Below, piece by piece: positions 49,335-61,915 of a DNA stretch of 64,000 nt. Numbering within the stretch: position 1 is the stretch's first letter; each line of letters begins with the position of its first letter. The translations under genes and the position numbers were made by a program. The stretch is from Squalus acanthias (lineage: Eukaryota). A model generated the notes under the pieces. It did not search any database. It was not told the DNA's origin and saw only the letters and a program-made list of their open reading frames with translations. The DNA lies in NCBI GenBank assembly GCA_030390025.1, contig CM059432.1, positions 90,894,001 to 90,958,000 of the forward strand. Direction: 5' to 3'.

Positions 49335-50745
49335 GGCAAGAGAGGGAAACCAGGGAATCATAGACCAGTTAGTCTAACATCTGTTGTCGGGAAATTGCTA
49401 GAGTCTTAATTAAGGATAGGGTGACTGAACATCTCGAAAATTTTCAGTTGATCAGAGAGAGCCAGCTGGATTTGTGAAAGGTAGGTCATGCCTGACAAAC
49501 CTGATTGAATTTTTTGAGGAGGTGACTAAAGTAGTGGACAGGGGAATGTCTATAGATGTTATTTATATGGACTTCCAGAAGGCATTTGATAAAGTCCCAC
49601 ATAAGAGACTGTTAACTAAGGTAGAAGCCCACGGAATTGAAGGCAAATTTTTGACCTGGTTCAGAAATTGGCTGAGCGACAAGAGACAGGCAGTCGGGAT
49701 AATGGGTAGGTACCCAAATTGGCAGGATGTGACTCGTGGTGTCCCGCAGGGATCTGTTTTGGAACCTCAACTATGCACAGTGTTTATTAACAACTTAGAT
49801 GCTGGCATAGAAAGTCATATATCCAAATTTGCCAATGACACAAAGATAGGCAGCATTGTAGACAGTGTAGCTGAAAGCATAAAATTACAAAGGGATATTG
49901 ATAGATTAAGTGAATGGGCAAAACTGTGGCAAATGGATTTCAATGTAGGCAAATGTGAGGTCATCCACTTTGGACCTAAAAAGGATAGAACAGGGTACTT
50001 TCTAAATGGTGAAAAGCTAAAAACAGTGGAGGTCCATAGAGACTTGGGGGTCCAGGTACATAGATCATTAAAATGTCATTAACAGATACAGAAAATAATC
50101 AAAAAGGCTAATGGAATGCTGGCCTTTATATCTAGAGGACTAGAATACAAGGGGGTAGAAGTTATGCAGCACCTATACAAAACCCTGGTTAGACCACACC
50201 TGGAGTACTGTGAGCAGTTCTGGGCACCACACCTTAGGAAGGATATATTGGCCTTGGAGGGAGTGCAGCATAGGTTTACCAGAATGATACCCGGACTCCA
50301 AGGGTTAAGTTATGAGGAGAGATTACACAAACTAGGGTTGTATTCCCTAGAATTTAGAAGGTTAAGGGGTGATCTGATCAAAGTTTTCAAGATATTAAGG
50401 GGAACAGACAGGGTAGATAGAGAGAAACTATTTCCACTGGGGATTCTAGGACTGGGGGCCATAGTCTAAAAATTATAGCCAGACCTTTCAGGAGTGAAAT
50501 TAGGAAACACTTCTACACACAAAGGGTGGTAGAAGTTTGGAACTCTCTTCCGCAAACAGCAATTGATGCTAGATCAATTGTTAATTTTAAATCTGAGATT
50601 GATAACTTTTTGTTAACCAAAGGTATTAAGGGATATGGGTCAAAGGCAAGTATATGGAGTTAGGTCGCAGATTAGCCATGATCTCATTGAATGGAGGAAC
50701 AGGCTCGAGGGGCTCAATGGCATACTCCTGTTCCTATGTTACTAT
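49335..50745 (+). mobile_element. CR1 3' portion, decayed
   Basis: ORFs 49474-50082 and 50116-50469 carry CR1 RT motifs. Confidence 0.85.
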
Positions 50746-51314
50746 GTATCCAATCCCACAATAAGTACCCCTCACCAGCCGCCCCTGTTTTCGTTGAAGT
50801 ACACTGGCTCCTGGTTCCTGTCTCGAATTTAAAATTCTCATCTTGAGTTTAAATCCCTCTATGACCTCACTTCTACCTATCCCTGTAACTTTCTTCAGTG
50901 CTACTTGCGCCCCCCCCCCACCCCCAACCCCCCCCTGCCCACACACCTCTTCAAACTCACTGGGGGAAAAATTAGGTCGCGCCCCATTTGGGGCGCAAAT
51001 ATCGTCTGGACGCAAATATTAGCGCCTGGCGCTAATTATTGCCACTGACTGGAAACTTCACTTTTACCGCCCCGGGAGGTGAGTGGAGCGCTAAATCAGG
51101 CGCTGCACACCTGTCTTAAGGCGCAAAGGCCGAGCAGTGAGGCGCTAACTCAGCACGCGAGCGCAGCGCAGGTGCTGCCAGTTAGCGAGGGAACACAGAC
51201 ACACTGCCAGTTCTTAAAGCGGGGGGGGGCCAACTTGCTCCCCAGCCACACCCTGCTCATTGCAGTTTTGAATCTCGGCCTGGAGAGACCTGTGAATCCA
51301 TTTTGCTGCCAAGG

Positions 51315-53134
51315 ATGGAGAGGGTGAGAGAACGAGCTCATCGCTTCACCGAGCGGGCCTTGGATGCTCTGGTTGGCGCGGTGGAGCGCAGAAGATGTAT
51401 ACTCTTCCCTGAGAGTGGCAGGAGGCCTTTGCCACACGAGTACAGAAGAGTGTGGAGGGAGGTGGCTCAGAGCGTCTCCTCCAGGAGCATGGTGCCCAGG
51501 ACCCATGTTCAATGCCGCAAAAAGTTCAACGACCTCACTCGGGTCGTCAGGGTGAGTGGCTTTTTCTCAATACCTCTCCATCCCTCCATCTCAACCTCAC
51601 TCTATGGCCAGAGGGTCTTAAAACCCCAATGCACAACACTCATCCAACACCTATGGCCCTTTCATGAAACACACACACACATTCCACACTTTGCATACAG
51701 TAAGGGCTATTCACCTATGGGAGGCACATCAGGCAAGACCATGGCTGCATACAGTAAGGGCTATTCACCTATGGGAGGCACATCAGGCAAGACCATGGCT
51801 GTATATTTACTCAGATGCTGTCCTTTTTCTTGCAGGCCAAGCTGGCGCATAATAGGAGACAGCAGCAACGGACAGGTGGAGGGCGGCCTCAGCTGAAACC
51901 CCTCAGCGATCTTGAGGAGCGCGTCCACAGGATTGTGGTAAGCCGGGTGATCGGTCCCGTCGCCACTGGAGACGCCGACCCCGTTCTGGACAGCAATGGT
52001 AAGGTCATCACCTTTTTGTCCTCTGTCCTTCCACTTGTCCCTCACAACACCAGCCTTTGACACTTTCAATCCAACTTGCTAACTCGCTGCACTTATTCCT
52101 CCCTTACTGCCACCCTGTCCTCACGCTAAAGCCACTCTTGTACCTCCCTGCTTTCAGATGGTGATTCACCAGCTGAGGAGACGGGCCCTGAAGCTGCCAC
52201 TGGGAGTGAAGCTGCAGCCGAGGAGGAAGAGGAAGCCGGAGCATCAGTGCCACCCTCTCCCGAGGAAGCCCATGCCCACACTGGGAACACGCCTTCCCTG
52301 GAAGGGAGCAGGGGGGAAGGGTCTGATGAGGGTGAAGCTCCAGGACCCAGCGGGCTGCAGCAACGCCATGGGGGTAGGGAAGAACGGGGTCCTTCTCCCC
52401 AGAGGGAGAGTATGCCAGAGACTCCTACTGCAATGGACGCAGAGGAGGAGCGGCTGATCGCAGAAATGAACACCCAGGCGGTGGGCATGCACACTGAGCT
52501 CATGGGTGCAGTGGGAAGGGTGCCCGAATGCATTGAGTCACTGGCAAGGAGTGTGGAGCACTTCGCTGTAGCACAGGCGGATGCCACACTAACGCTTAGT
52601 GCTGCAATTCAGTCACTGGCTGCCGTGATCCCATCTCTGACTGCTCTCATGCAAACTCAGATTGAGGCCACGCGAGCACAGACTGCTGCCAACCTCGATG
52701 GTTCGTTCACATGTCCCCGGGGCTGTCACCGCGCCGCAGCAGGCCAGCAATCTGTTCTCCAGCAGATTGCTCCGGATGCTGAAGTGCTGCCCCGTGGGAG
52801 TGCCAGTGTGTCGGGCGAGCAGGGAGTTGCTGTCCTCTCTCACGATGACAGCATTCCTGCTGCCAACACTGTCACTTCTCCACTGCACTTGCCACCGCCT
52901 GTAGGACAGACTGCTGCCGCCCATGCAGAGTTGGTGCAGTCTTCAGCCGGGCCCTCCAGGCCCAGAACTGGTCGAGGCCGTCCTTCAGGGGCATCTGCAG
53001 TGTCAGGGTCTGACGAGCAGCAGCCTTCCACCAGCCTTGCTGCAGCCACTGAGGTCCCATTACGGAGGAGCAGTAGGGTTAGAAGGGGGGAAGTGCGCAA
53101 GGGAAGGAGATCACCCTCGAAGGGCAAAAAGTAG
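51315..53134 (+). CDS. Harbinger Myb/SANT DNA-binding protein, 3 exons (51315-51551, 51836-51998, 52158-53134), 458 aa, intact
   Basis: GT-AG introns of phase 0 and 1; 237+163+977 = 1377 nt open frame; Myb N-terminus, acidic middle, basic NLS-like C-terminus (RRSSRVRR...KGKK). Confidence 0.88.
51693..51806. repeat. 54-bp tandem repeat x2 in Myb intron 1
   Basis: Units start at 51693 and 51747. Confidence 0.9.
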
Positions 53135-53446
53135 GAGGTGTGACAAAATGCTGGTCATTTTTTTATTAAAGGTCGAGGTTCATGGTCCAACTTTTGTTTA
53201 GTGTTTTGGACATTATCTCCAGGTTGTGAGAACCAGTTATGTTATTGACTGTTTTTTTGTGTTTATTTCTATGAGTTTGTCATGAGGAATTGACACACAC
53301 AGAGTTTGTACAATAAATATGTTTCTGTATTCAAAATATACATGGTTGGTGGTTGGAATTATTGGTGCCTTGGCCGGCTTAGGGGTTGCGTGCTGGGTTC
53401 ATTGATGTTGTTAGCAATGGCAGAAGCCATTTCCACAGCAGGGGCC

Positions 53447-54599
53447 CTAGAAGCGGCTTGCTATTAGCCGTTGACGGACGGCCCTTGCAGTTTCACCATT
53501 GTGGGCCGCCCTCCCGCCTTGGTGCTGCTGATGGTCATCCACCTCGTCCTCTTCCTCCTCTTCCTCCTCCTCCTCTGGTGGTGCTCCAAGGCCTGGTGGC
53601 ATTGGCTGGGTCCTGACGATTGCCATGTTATGCAACATGCAGCACACAACTACGAAGTTGGATACTCGCTCAGGCGAGTACTGCAGGGCTCCTCCAGAAT
53701 GGTCGAGACAGCGGAACCGTTGCTTCAGCACGCCGATTGTGCGCTCAATGATGTTCCTGGTAGCTTGATGGCTCTCATTGTACCGCAGCTCAGCAGGGGT
53801 GTTGGGCGTACGGAGCGGTGTCATCAGCCAGGTGCTCAATGGATACCCCTTGTCTCCGAGAAGCCAACCAACTGGCTGATGCGGTGCCTCGAAAAGTTCT
53901 GCCACAGTAGTCTGGCGCAGGATAAAAGCATCGTGGCAGCTGCCAGGATAGTGGGCATTGACAGCGAGTATCAGCTGTCTGTGGTCACAGACCAACTGAA
54001 CATTCAAGGAATGGAACCCCTTTCTGTTCCGGAATTCCTCGGCATTCTCATGTGGAGCACGCAAAGCCACATGCGTGCAGTCAATGGCGCCCTGCACCAT
54101 GGGGAAGCCCGCTATCCTCGCAAAGCCCAGAGCGCGGTCACGCTGCTTGTCTGGGGTCATGGGGAAAGAGATGAACTCTCGTCTCCTTTTAAAGAGGGCA
54201 TTTGTGACCGCAGCAATGCACCGCGAACTGGGAGATATTGGCGAGGTCCCCAGCAGCAGCTTGAAATGAGCCAGTAGCATAGAAGTTGAGAGCCACTGTG
54301 ACCTTCACTGCCACCGACAGAGACGTCCTGGACCTCAGTTGAGGCTGCAGATCTGGCTGCAGCAGGTGGCAGAGCTCAGTGACCACCTCCTTACTGAATC
54401 GCAGCCTTCGCAAACACAGCTCCTCAGACATATGAATGTAGGAGAGCTGTTCACGATATACCCTGGGAGGGTAAGCTCTCCTGTACATACGCCTGTTGGC
54501 CCTCCTCCGTCTGGCCATCATTGCCACTCTCTCTCTGCGTCTCTGTGTCCTCCGATTCAGCTGGAGCAGGACGACGCCCCCAATTAGTGCAGCCCCCAT
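53447..54599 (-). pseudogene. Harbinger transposase with 8-bp frameshifting deletion near 54209
   Basis: 1153 nt vs 1161 nt in copy A; ATCCGGCA missing; split ORFs 54189-54668 and 53447-54280. Confidence 0.9.
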
Positions 54600-55467
54600 A
54601 GTCTCTTTGCAAGCAAAGTAATGAAGGACAGCAACCAAAGTACTAGCGAAGTTAGGATCAGTAGGCAAAACTACCTCACAAAGCGTTGACTCAATGCAGA
54701 AGTCTCTCTTTCTCTCTCTCCGAATCTCTCTCTCTCTCTCAGAACGAGTGGTGCAAAAATGTCAACCACAGAAAAAGACAGGAAGAGGCCCCCTTTAAAT
54801 AGCGCCCCCCCCAGCCCCACAGCGATTGATAGCGTTCCAGTCTTCCGGTCGTTGGATGCGCCAGGCGGTAAGGCAGGGGGCGCCACTCAATTTCCGCTCC
54901 GGGGCGCCACAAGGGCGTTGCACCATGGAATGACGTCACAATCTGCGCGCGCAGGTGGTCGCAGCGGTAAAGTTTAGCGCCGCCGCACAATGTCTAGTTA
55001 AGTTCCCGAGCGGCGCAAGTATCGCTGCGCCCGGGCGTTAGCGGCTTTGCGCCCCATTAGCGCCCTCTTAAGGCGCTAACGGGAGGCGCAACCAATTGAA
55101 TTTTTACCCCAAAAGGTTTAAAAAAATGTAATTGCATTATCTAGAGATTTGTGACGAGGCACACTTTTCTATGTAGTTTACAAACCAGACTGCAAGAAAC
55201 ATTTTCATTAGTCAGATGAAACCTGACCACAGAATAAGAAAAACATGCATTAAAAATATGTACATTTTTATTTGAAATTGAAACAAAAAATCCGTAAATT
55301 GTCAGCTATGCGACAGATCACTTTCAGCATTTTGTACAAACCTGTCATTCTTACTTGAAAAGAAACAAGATAAAAACAAAATTTTCTGTTTTATTAAATT
55401 CATCAGGAATAGTGATCTGTACTACCCTTTTGTAATTATGCAGTAATACATATTTTACTCTTTTCAG

Positions 55468-55542
55468 GATTGCAAATGATACTTTGGGTACAAAAATCAA
55501 AGAACAAAACCAACTTGTCTCCCACTTAACTGCGGATAAAGT
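55468..55542 (+). CDS. PMFBP1: Internal coding exon of host gene, PMFBP1-like (75 nt, phase 2 to 2)
   Basis: ttttcag| ... |gtaagc; (G)IANDTLGTKIKEQNQLVSHLTADK(V) resembles recalled mammalian PMFBP1 [25 protein letters not shown]. Confidence 0.65.
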
Positions 55543-56703
55543 GTAAGCAATCAAATATTTCTGCAATTAATAAATACAGTAGTGCACATAACATTTTGGT
55601 TTACTAGTTGGAAAGTAATTAGGACAGTTTAACTATTGCGGTTGAAGGTAAAAAACGAAAGGCACACATGCATGTGGTTAAAATAGCTTATTTAATAGTG
55701 TGTTTAAAAAAATATTGTCACATATTTAATAAAGTGTCAGATGGTTAAAGTACATATAAATGGGACTGAAAAGATTTTGTACCCAGCTGCTGTTCTGGTC
55801 AGATTGCAGGCTGTATTTAAGAACTATATATGTGTAAATCCAATGGTGATAAGATTCCTGAGCCAGATGTTCTGCTGATAAGTACGCTATTTATTTCTCA
55901 ATTGAACAAGCAGGAAGAATTAGGAAACTTATTTAAACATCATTAACTGAAGTACTTGAAAATTACTAGTTACATTTGCACTAGAAAGTTGATTTCACAG
56001 GAAATTCAGTATGAACTCAGTCCCCTGAGGAACATCATAATGTAAAGGCTACATTCCTGATTCATGCAGGAATGAAAGCTCAGCTTAGTGTGGTATGTCG
56101 CTATGTTTCGAGAGTCAATCTAGAAGTTCTCTATCACCACAAGCAGTTTCCCAGCCCAAATGAGCACTACAATGTGACATTATGGGGTAGAAATGAGGCC
56201 TCATTCAACAAATTAGACGAGCTATCCGGCACCTGTCACATCTCCACAGGCAGCTTGCCCATTGTAGCATGTGAATTTTGGGCCATTTGCCTTGCCGTCA
56301 GCAGCCCTCAGATAAATGCCAGGCAGGGAGAATTGCGACATGGGAGACGATCACGGCTGGCAAGAGATGAATTTTAAAAAAATAATTTAAACTTAGCTTT
56401 TCCTTGGTGCCGAGATCCTAGGCCCCGTCTACGCCCGAAAAACTGAGCGGAGAAGGCCCAATACAGTACTTGCACTGCTCAGGGCAGCCCAACTTTTTGG
56501 AGGGGACCAAAGCAGGCATTAGGTTCCTCGTTAGAATATGCAAGGAGCCTAATGCCAATTTTAGGTGGCCACCCGAAAAATCATCTGAGGCCAATATAGC
56601 ATGGATATTTTTCAGGCCTCCTTGGGACACAGAGCATAGACCTGCGATATTGGTCATTTTTGCATCCATTTTCCATCTCACTATGTCATTCAGATCATAA
56701 CTT

Positions 56704-59700
56704 GGGCAGAATTGTGCGTGCGGGTTTGGGGGTGGGTCGGCAGTAAAAATGCTGGAAAAAGTGAGCGCGTTGGGAACCCGCCGTCATCCCGCCGCCTCGA
56801 GCATTTAACTCAGGCGGCTTTGAAGATGCGACACGGACCCGATCCGCAGAGGCGGGCGACCTCATTGAAATGATTAAGTGCTTGTTTACAGATCCTTAAG
56901 AGTGATTTTAACGCTTGGAAGAGCACAGGATTCACGGAGGTCGGGTGCCTCGCCTGTGATGGGGAAGCGGAAGCTCAGTGGCCATTGGCGAGTTCATTCA
57001 TTGATAGCTGGGAAAAGCACATAAATACTGCAACATTACACCTCATTACTTGTCTCATGGAAAGGCTCTTGCTCACTCCATTTTTTGCCCAGGTTTAGGT
57101 GTCAGCAGTTTGCAGGTCATTTTTGAAACCTCTGAAGCCACTCTCACCACATTGCTACTCACTATCACAACATTGAGGGATTGACCCTCTCATCTCCACT
57201 TCACCTGCCATCAGCATGGGTGCCGCTTATATTGGTATTATATTGGAGCCCCACCACCATCAACATCAGCAGCAGCAGCAACTACAACAGCAGCCTTCTC
57301 CTCAACAACCTGATGCTCCACAGGAGAGAGGGGGTCAACACTGGGCAGCACCACGCTGGAGGCGATACCCCCAACACAGGGTATACAGGCAGAGGATGAG
57401 CTTCCTTAACCTGACTGAGCAGCTGTGCTTCAGGAGGCTCTGGCTATCGGGTCAGGTCGTCACAGACATTTGTAGCTTGCTGGAAAAAGACCTGCTGCCC
57501 AGAGGTCCTGGTGGACACGCCTTACCAGTGGCTGTCAAAGTCACCACCACCCTCAACTTCTTTGCCTCAGGCTCCTTCCAGGGATCTGCAACAGACATTT
57601 GCGGGATCTCGCAGTCGGCCACCCACAGATGCATCACCCAGATGACCGATGCCATGTTTCACAAGTCAGCCAATTATGTGAACTTTGCCACTGATGAGGC
57701 CAGTGTTACTGTGTGGGCGCTTGGTTTTGCGGCTCTGGCTGACTTCCCACAGGTGCAGGGCGTGATAGCCTGCACATATGTGGCCATCAAGGCACCCCAT
57801 CATCACCCAGGAATATTTGTGAACTGCAAAAGCTTCCACTCCCTCAATGTGCAGCTCATCTACAACCATAAAAAGGATGATTATGCATATATGCGCCAGA
57901 TTCCCTGGCAGCTGTCATGACTCTTTCGTGCTGCGCCAGTCCACCCTTCCTCAGCTCTTCGCACCTCCAAACAGACTTATCGACTGGCTGCTTGGAGACA
58001 AGGGCTATCCACTAAAGACGTGGCTCATGACACCCTTGAGGAGGCCAAGTACTGAGGCCGATGAGCGCTACAATGAGAGCCACATCTCCACCAGATGTGT
58101 CATAGAACAAGCAATAGGCATGCTGAAGATGCGCTTCAGATGCCTTGACAGATCTGGAGGAGCCCTTCAGTATACACCAGCCAGGGTCTCCAGAATCATT
58201 GTCGTTTGCTGCGCGCTGCACAACATAGCACAGCAGCGAGGATTGGAGCTGCAGGAGGAGCATGGCGCATAGCACACAGCCTGTTCAGAGGAGGAGGAGG
58301 ATGAACAGGTGAAAGATGAGCGGGAGGAGGAGGAGGAATCTGAGATGCAGATGGCACCAGCAGGAGCGCACATTGCTGCCCGGGAGGCCCCATCATGGCC
58401 AGATTTACTTAACTTGTTCCTATGCAGCCTCATGGCTGCCATATGCTGTTCTAAGTTTCCCCCACCAACAACACCATAAAGCATCCCTACAATGACCAAT
58501 CCATTCCTCTCAACCAACACTGCAATGCTCGAGGATAAATAATATCTCACCATTCACTCCAAGTGACAAAGCCACTTCCAAGGTTTGAGGCAAAAATGGA
58601 CAAGTCCCGAAAGTGGTGCAAAGAAAAACATTTATGTGTGTAATCAAAATAACTGAAACTTACCACTAACATTTTTTGATACACCCACGTGCATCCCCAT
58701 GTGCATCTACTTTTGTATCATTTTTCTTTTCCGAGTGCTTCTACGAGGTGCAATCCCTGTGGCTTCAGCAGAGGTAGAGGCAGGCTGCTCACTTACCTGC
58801 TGCGACTCGTCAGACACTTTTGGCAGACGTCCTCTGGGTTTTGCAGCCTGTGATGGCCCGCCAAAGTCTGCTCCACTTGCGACTGTGCAGGGGCCGACTC
58901 GGCCATCGGGATCCAAGGAAGCATGTGAGGCTCTGACTGATGGGGAGGCAATGGGGGAGAAGAGCCCCTACTTCCATGTCACCTCTCAGCATCATCCCTC
59001 TTGTGGGCCACCCACACTTCCCTGCTAGCAAGGAACTAGCGAGCACCTTGCTGCACAGCAGTGGGGCGATGAAGGCCCAAGCCTACGTCTACATCCCGCC
59101 TTGAGAGGAGGTTTGTGAGCGTCTGCCATCTGTTGTCCACAGCCAGCATGTGCTCATGTGAGTAACGCATTTGCTACTCCACGCAGGTGGCCATCCTTTC
59201 CATGGAAGAGCACATCATCGCCATCGCCTGCGACATGGTGATGCTCCAGTTGGAGATGGACTCCTCCATTCTCTGCACATTTGCAGACATTGCGACGGCA
59301 AAATATGCCAGAGCCACATGCAGTTGTTGCTGCCCCTCCAAAATCGCCCTCTTTCTCAATGGCCCATGAGGCTCAGCGTCCGCATGCAGCTCAGCAAAGC
59401 TTGGATGTCCTGCGCCCTCTGGCAAGGAGTCTCCACTGCTGTCCCTGTCAACACCACCTGCTCTTGCTCACGTTTGAATTGTGAGACACCAGGTGACAAC
59501 TCTACTCCATGGCGCAAAGGACCCACCGAGGTGCGTGTATCTGCGCTGGTGCTGCTGACACTGCACCCTCAGAGGCTGGCGGTTCCTCTGAGAAGTCGTC
59601 TTTCTCCTCTGGCTGGACAGTGGTTGGGGGGGTGGCTGGAGGACAATTGATGGACCTGTGGGAGAGTAAAGAGATGAATTAGAAGTGTTATAATAAAAAT

Positions 59701-60828
59701 GGGTAACGTTACCATTATGCACATGATGACACTTCACTGGCTGCTGACATCAGTCACCATGTGGGTGACTGTTCTCTGCCATGTGGCTTTATGAGATGTG
59801 ATTCTGTCACCAGGTTGCTGGGATATCTCCGTCTCCCACCGTCAGCGTCTCTCGAGCTCCCGAGATCTCCAGAGCCTACTCCTCTGCTGCTGTAAGGTGT
59901 GCGAATACTGGAGGGCCACCTGCAGTTCTCTCCCTCTCTCTATTGTTGTGGGCTTTTTTCTCCTGCAAGGAGGGAAAGAAGAGAAGTTTGAATGAGAGTG
60001 TTGGAATGAGTGTAAGGAATGGATGGGTTACATCTGTAGAGGGTGACTATGAGGGAGTGGGCTGCCAATGCCAAATGGCCTCCTTCTGTGGTGCTACTTG
60101 CTATGATTGCATTAGGATGAGGATGAGGGTGAGTGTGAGGAGTGGTTATTCAGATGGGGATGTAAGTATGTACATAGAGAGAGAGGGATGGGTGGACCTG
60201 AAAGGTATGTTGGTGTTGAGGAATGATGTGCAGGAGTAGGCTTGGGAAGGCAGAGTGATGGGGATGTGTTGACAGGCATGTCAGGATGAAGGTGAGTGTG
60301 GCATTGCACTCCCCTTTCCTGAGCTCATGAGATCATTGAAGCGTTTCCTGCACCACATCCCTGCTGCTGACATCCTCAGCTGTATCCAGCCCGGCTCTTT
60401 TTGTTTCTTGTGGAGGTCTCCTTCGCCTATCTGAAGGGAAGAGGACCTCCCTGCGTGCTCTGACAGCCTCCACCAGCGTATGCAGCGATGAATCTGAGAA
60501 GTGTGATGCAGCCCTCTGTCCTTGGCTCTCCATCCTTCCAAATTTATAACAGTACTGTGGCCTTTCTTTGTCAGGTTCCACCCTCCTCAAGCAACCTTCA
60601 AGTGAGTTGCGTGCAAGGCTGCTTTAAATATGGGCGCTGGAAACGAGTCATCGATGGCATCATCAGACCCGCACCATTTAATAGGGCCAGGAAACATGCA
60701 TGAGTCTTTCAATTGGGGCCATTAAGTAAAAGTCGCTCTGAGCAACGCGCTGCTCAGAACATCGTGTTCCCGACCCACTACGCGGCCCGCACGCACCCAA
60801 CCCGACGCAAAGGTAAAAATTCCAGTTT
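56704..60828. mobile_element. Decayed full-length Harbinger of another family (transposase + 57216-58272; Myb - about 58700-60530)
   Basis: AIDCTH altered to VIACTY, frameshift near 57870, [17 protein letters not shown]; Myb HFSDSSLHTLVEAVRARREVLFP; degenerate TIRs. Confidence 0.8.
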
Positions 60829-61079
60829 GGTAATTACAAATCTTTCTCCAGTTTTCTTCAGAAGAATCAGACTTTCAGACGCAATTCAAATGCTTCCAAA
60901 TGTAGCCAAACAGCTTTAAAGGGTAATTCAGATTAAGGAAGTAGAGGGCAGTGTGTTGCATCAAAGGCATGATGATGTGTGGAAGCATGCAGCCAACAAC
61001 AAACTGGATGGCAAAAAGCAGTTATAGGCTGTCCAACATTTGAAGCTTCTTTGTAGCAGATTGTACCACTAAATTTGCC

Positions 61080-61600
61080 AGTTGGTGTACTGTCTGCCGT
61101 TTTGGTCACCCCATTATATAAAGGACATTAAAGCCATAGAGAGCAGACAGCATAGATTGACCAGAATGATGCCAGGGATGGGAAATGATAGTTATAAGGA
61201 GATACTTGGGATACCAGGATTATTTCCACTGGAGCTGAGAGGGCTGAGGAGATTTAATAAAGGTTTTAAAATTATGTAGGATTTTATAATATTGACTAGG
61301 GAAAAACTATTTCATCTGGTTGGGGAGGCAGTGACGAGGGGTCAACAATTTAAAGTTGTCACTAAGGGAGTGAGGCTATGGTAAATTTCTTTAGGCAGAG
61401 GATTGTTGGAGCCTGGAATGTTTTGCCACAGGGAGTGGTTGAGGCAGAAACCATTGTATCTTTCAAGGGAAGAGTGGATAAATATTTGGCACAGAGAAGG
61501 ATTAAAGGCTACGGGAATAGTTTTGGATTACCCTTGGAAAAAATCCACTATAGAAACGATGGGCCGAATGGCCTCCTTCTATACAGTAAACTTCTATGAT
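61080..61600 (+). mobile_element. CR1 3' fragment
   Basis: FWSPHYIKDIKAIE, WNVLPQGVVEAE; CR1 tail. Confidence 0.8.
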
Positions 61601-61915
61601 TCTTTTGGATAGTTCCACCAGTTCAATCATAGGCACGTTATTATGGCTTAGGCCTCAAAACGTGTTAGGATTGCTAACTCCTATACTGACATACCATAAA
61701 GATAATAGCATCAGGTCTGTCATCTGACTTGTCCAGAATATGGGAGAAAACCTAAGGTATGTTGTGCCTTATCAAAGCTAACAAGCTTAGAATTAGAAGA
61801 CGAGGAGTTCTTAAAACCAATTCAGCACAGATAGCTCAACAACTAGCAGATCTAGTTTGGCTTTGCTACAGGTGAGTCTTGTAAAATTGGCTTTGTATAC
61901 TATTAAAAAAATAAT

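Larger units (their letters stand above)
40140..50960 (+). mobile_element. Old L2 LINE pieces scattered among later insertions (about 40140-40340, 45290-45400, 46505-46566, 48281-48405, 49030-49322, 50750-50960)
   Basis: TEMALTKV (46540) joins NDILCDCDHG...SAAFDT (48281); FHMYTDGTQLYLS at 49187; FKILIL..KSL at 50828. Confidence 0.55.
50962..55110. mobile_element. Young full-length PIF/Harbinger transposon, copy B (4149 bp), inverted relative to copy A
   Basis: TIR GGGGGAAAAATT / AATTTTTACCCC; highly similar to 24931-29134; flanks ACT/AAA (no TSD). Confidence 0.95.

Noticed and set aside
24931..55110. Past inversion between copies A and B
   Set aside because: Copy A retains a matching CCA TSD and both host exons remain on the same strand
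56184..56680. Additional Harbinger MITE starting GGGGTAGAAAT
   Set aside because: Right TIR and TSD too degenerate to define; left unannotated
60851..60919. Possible next host exon (RIRLSDAIQML...)
   Set aside because: Acceptor-like site but an early stop and no convincing similarity
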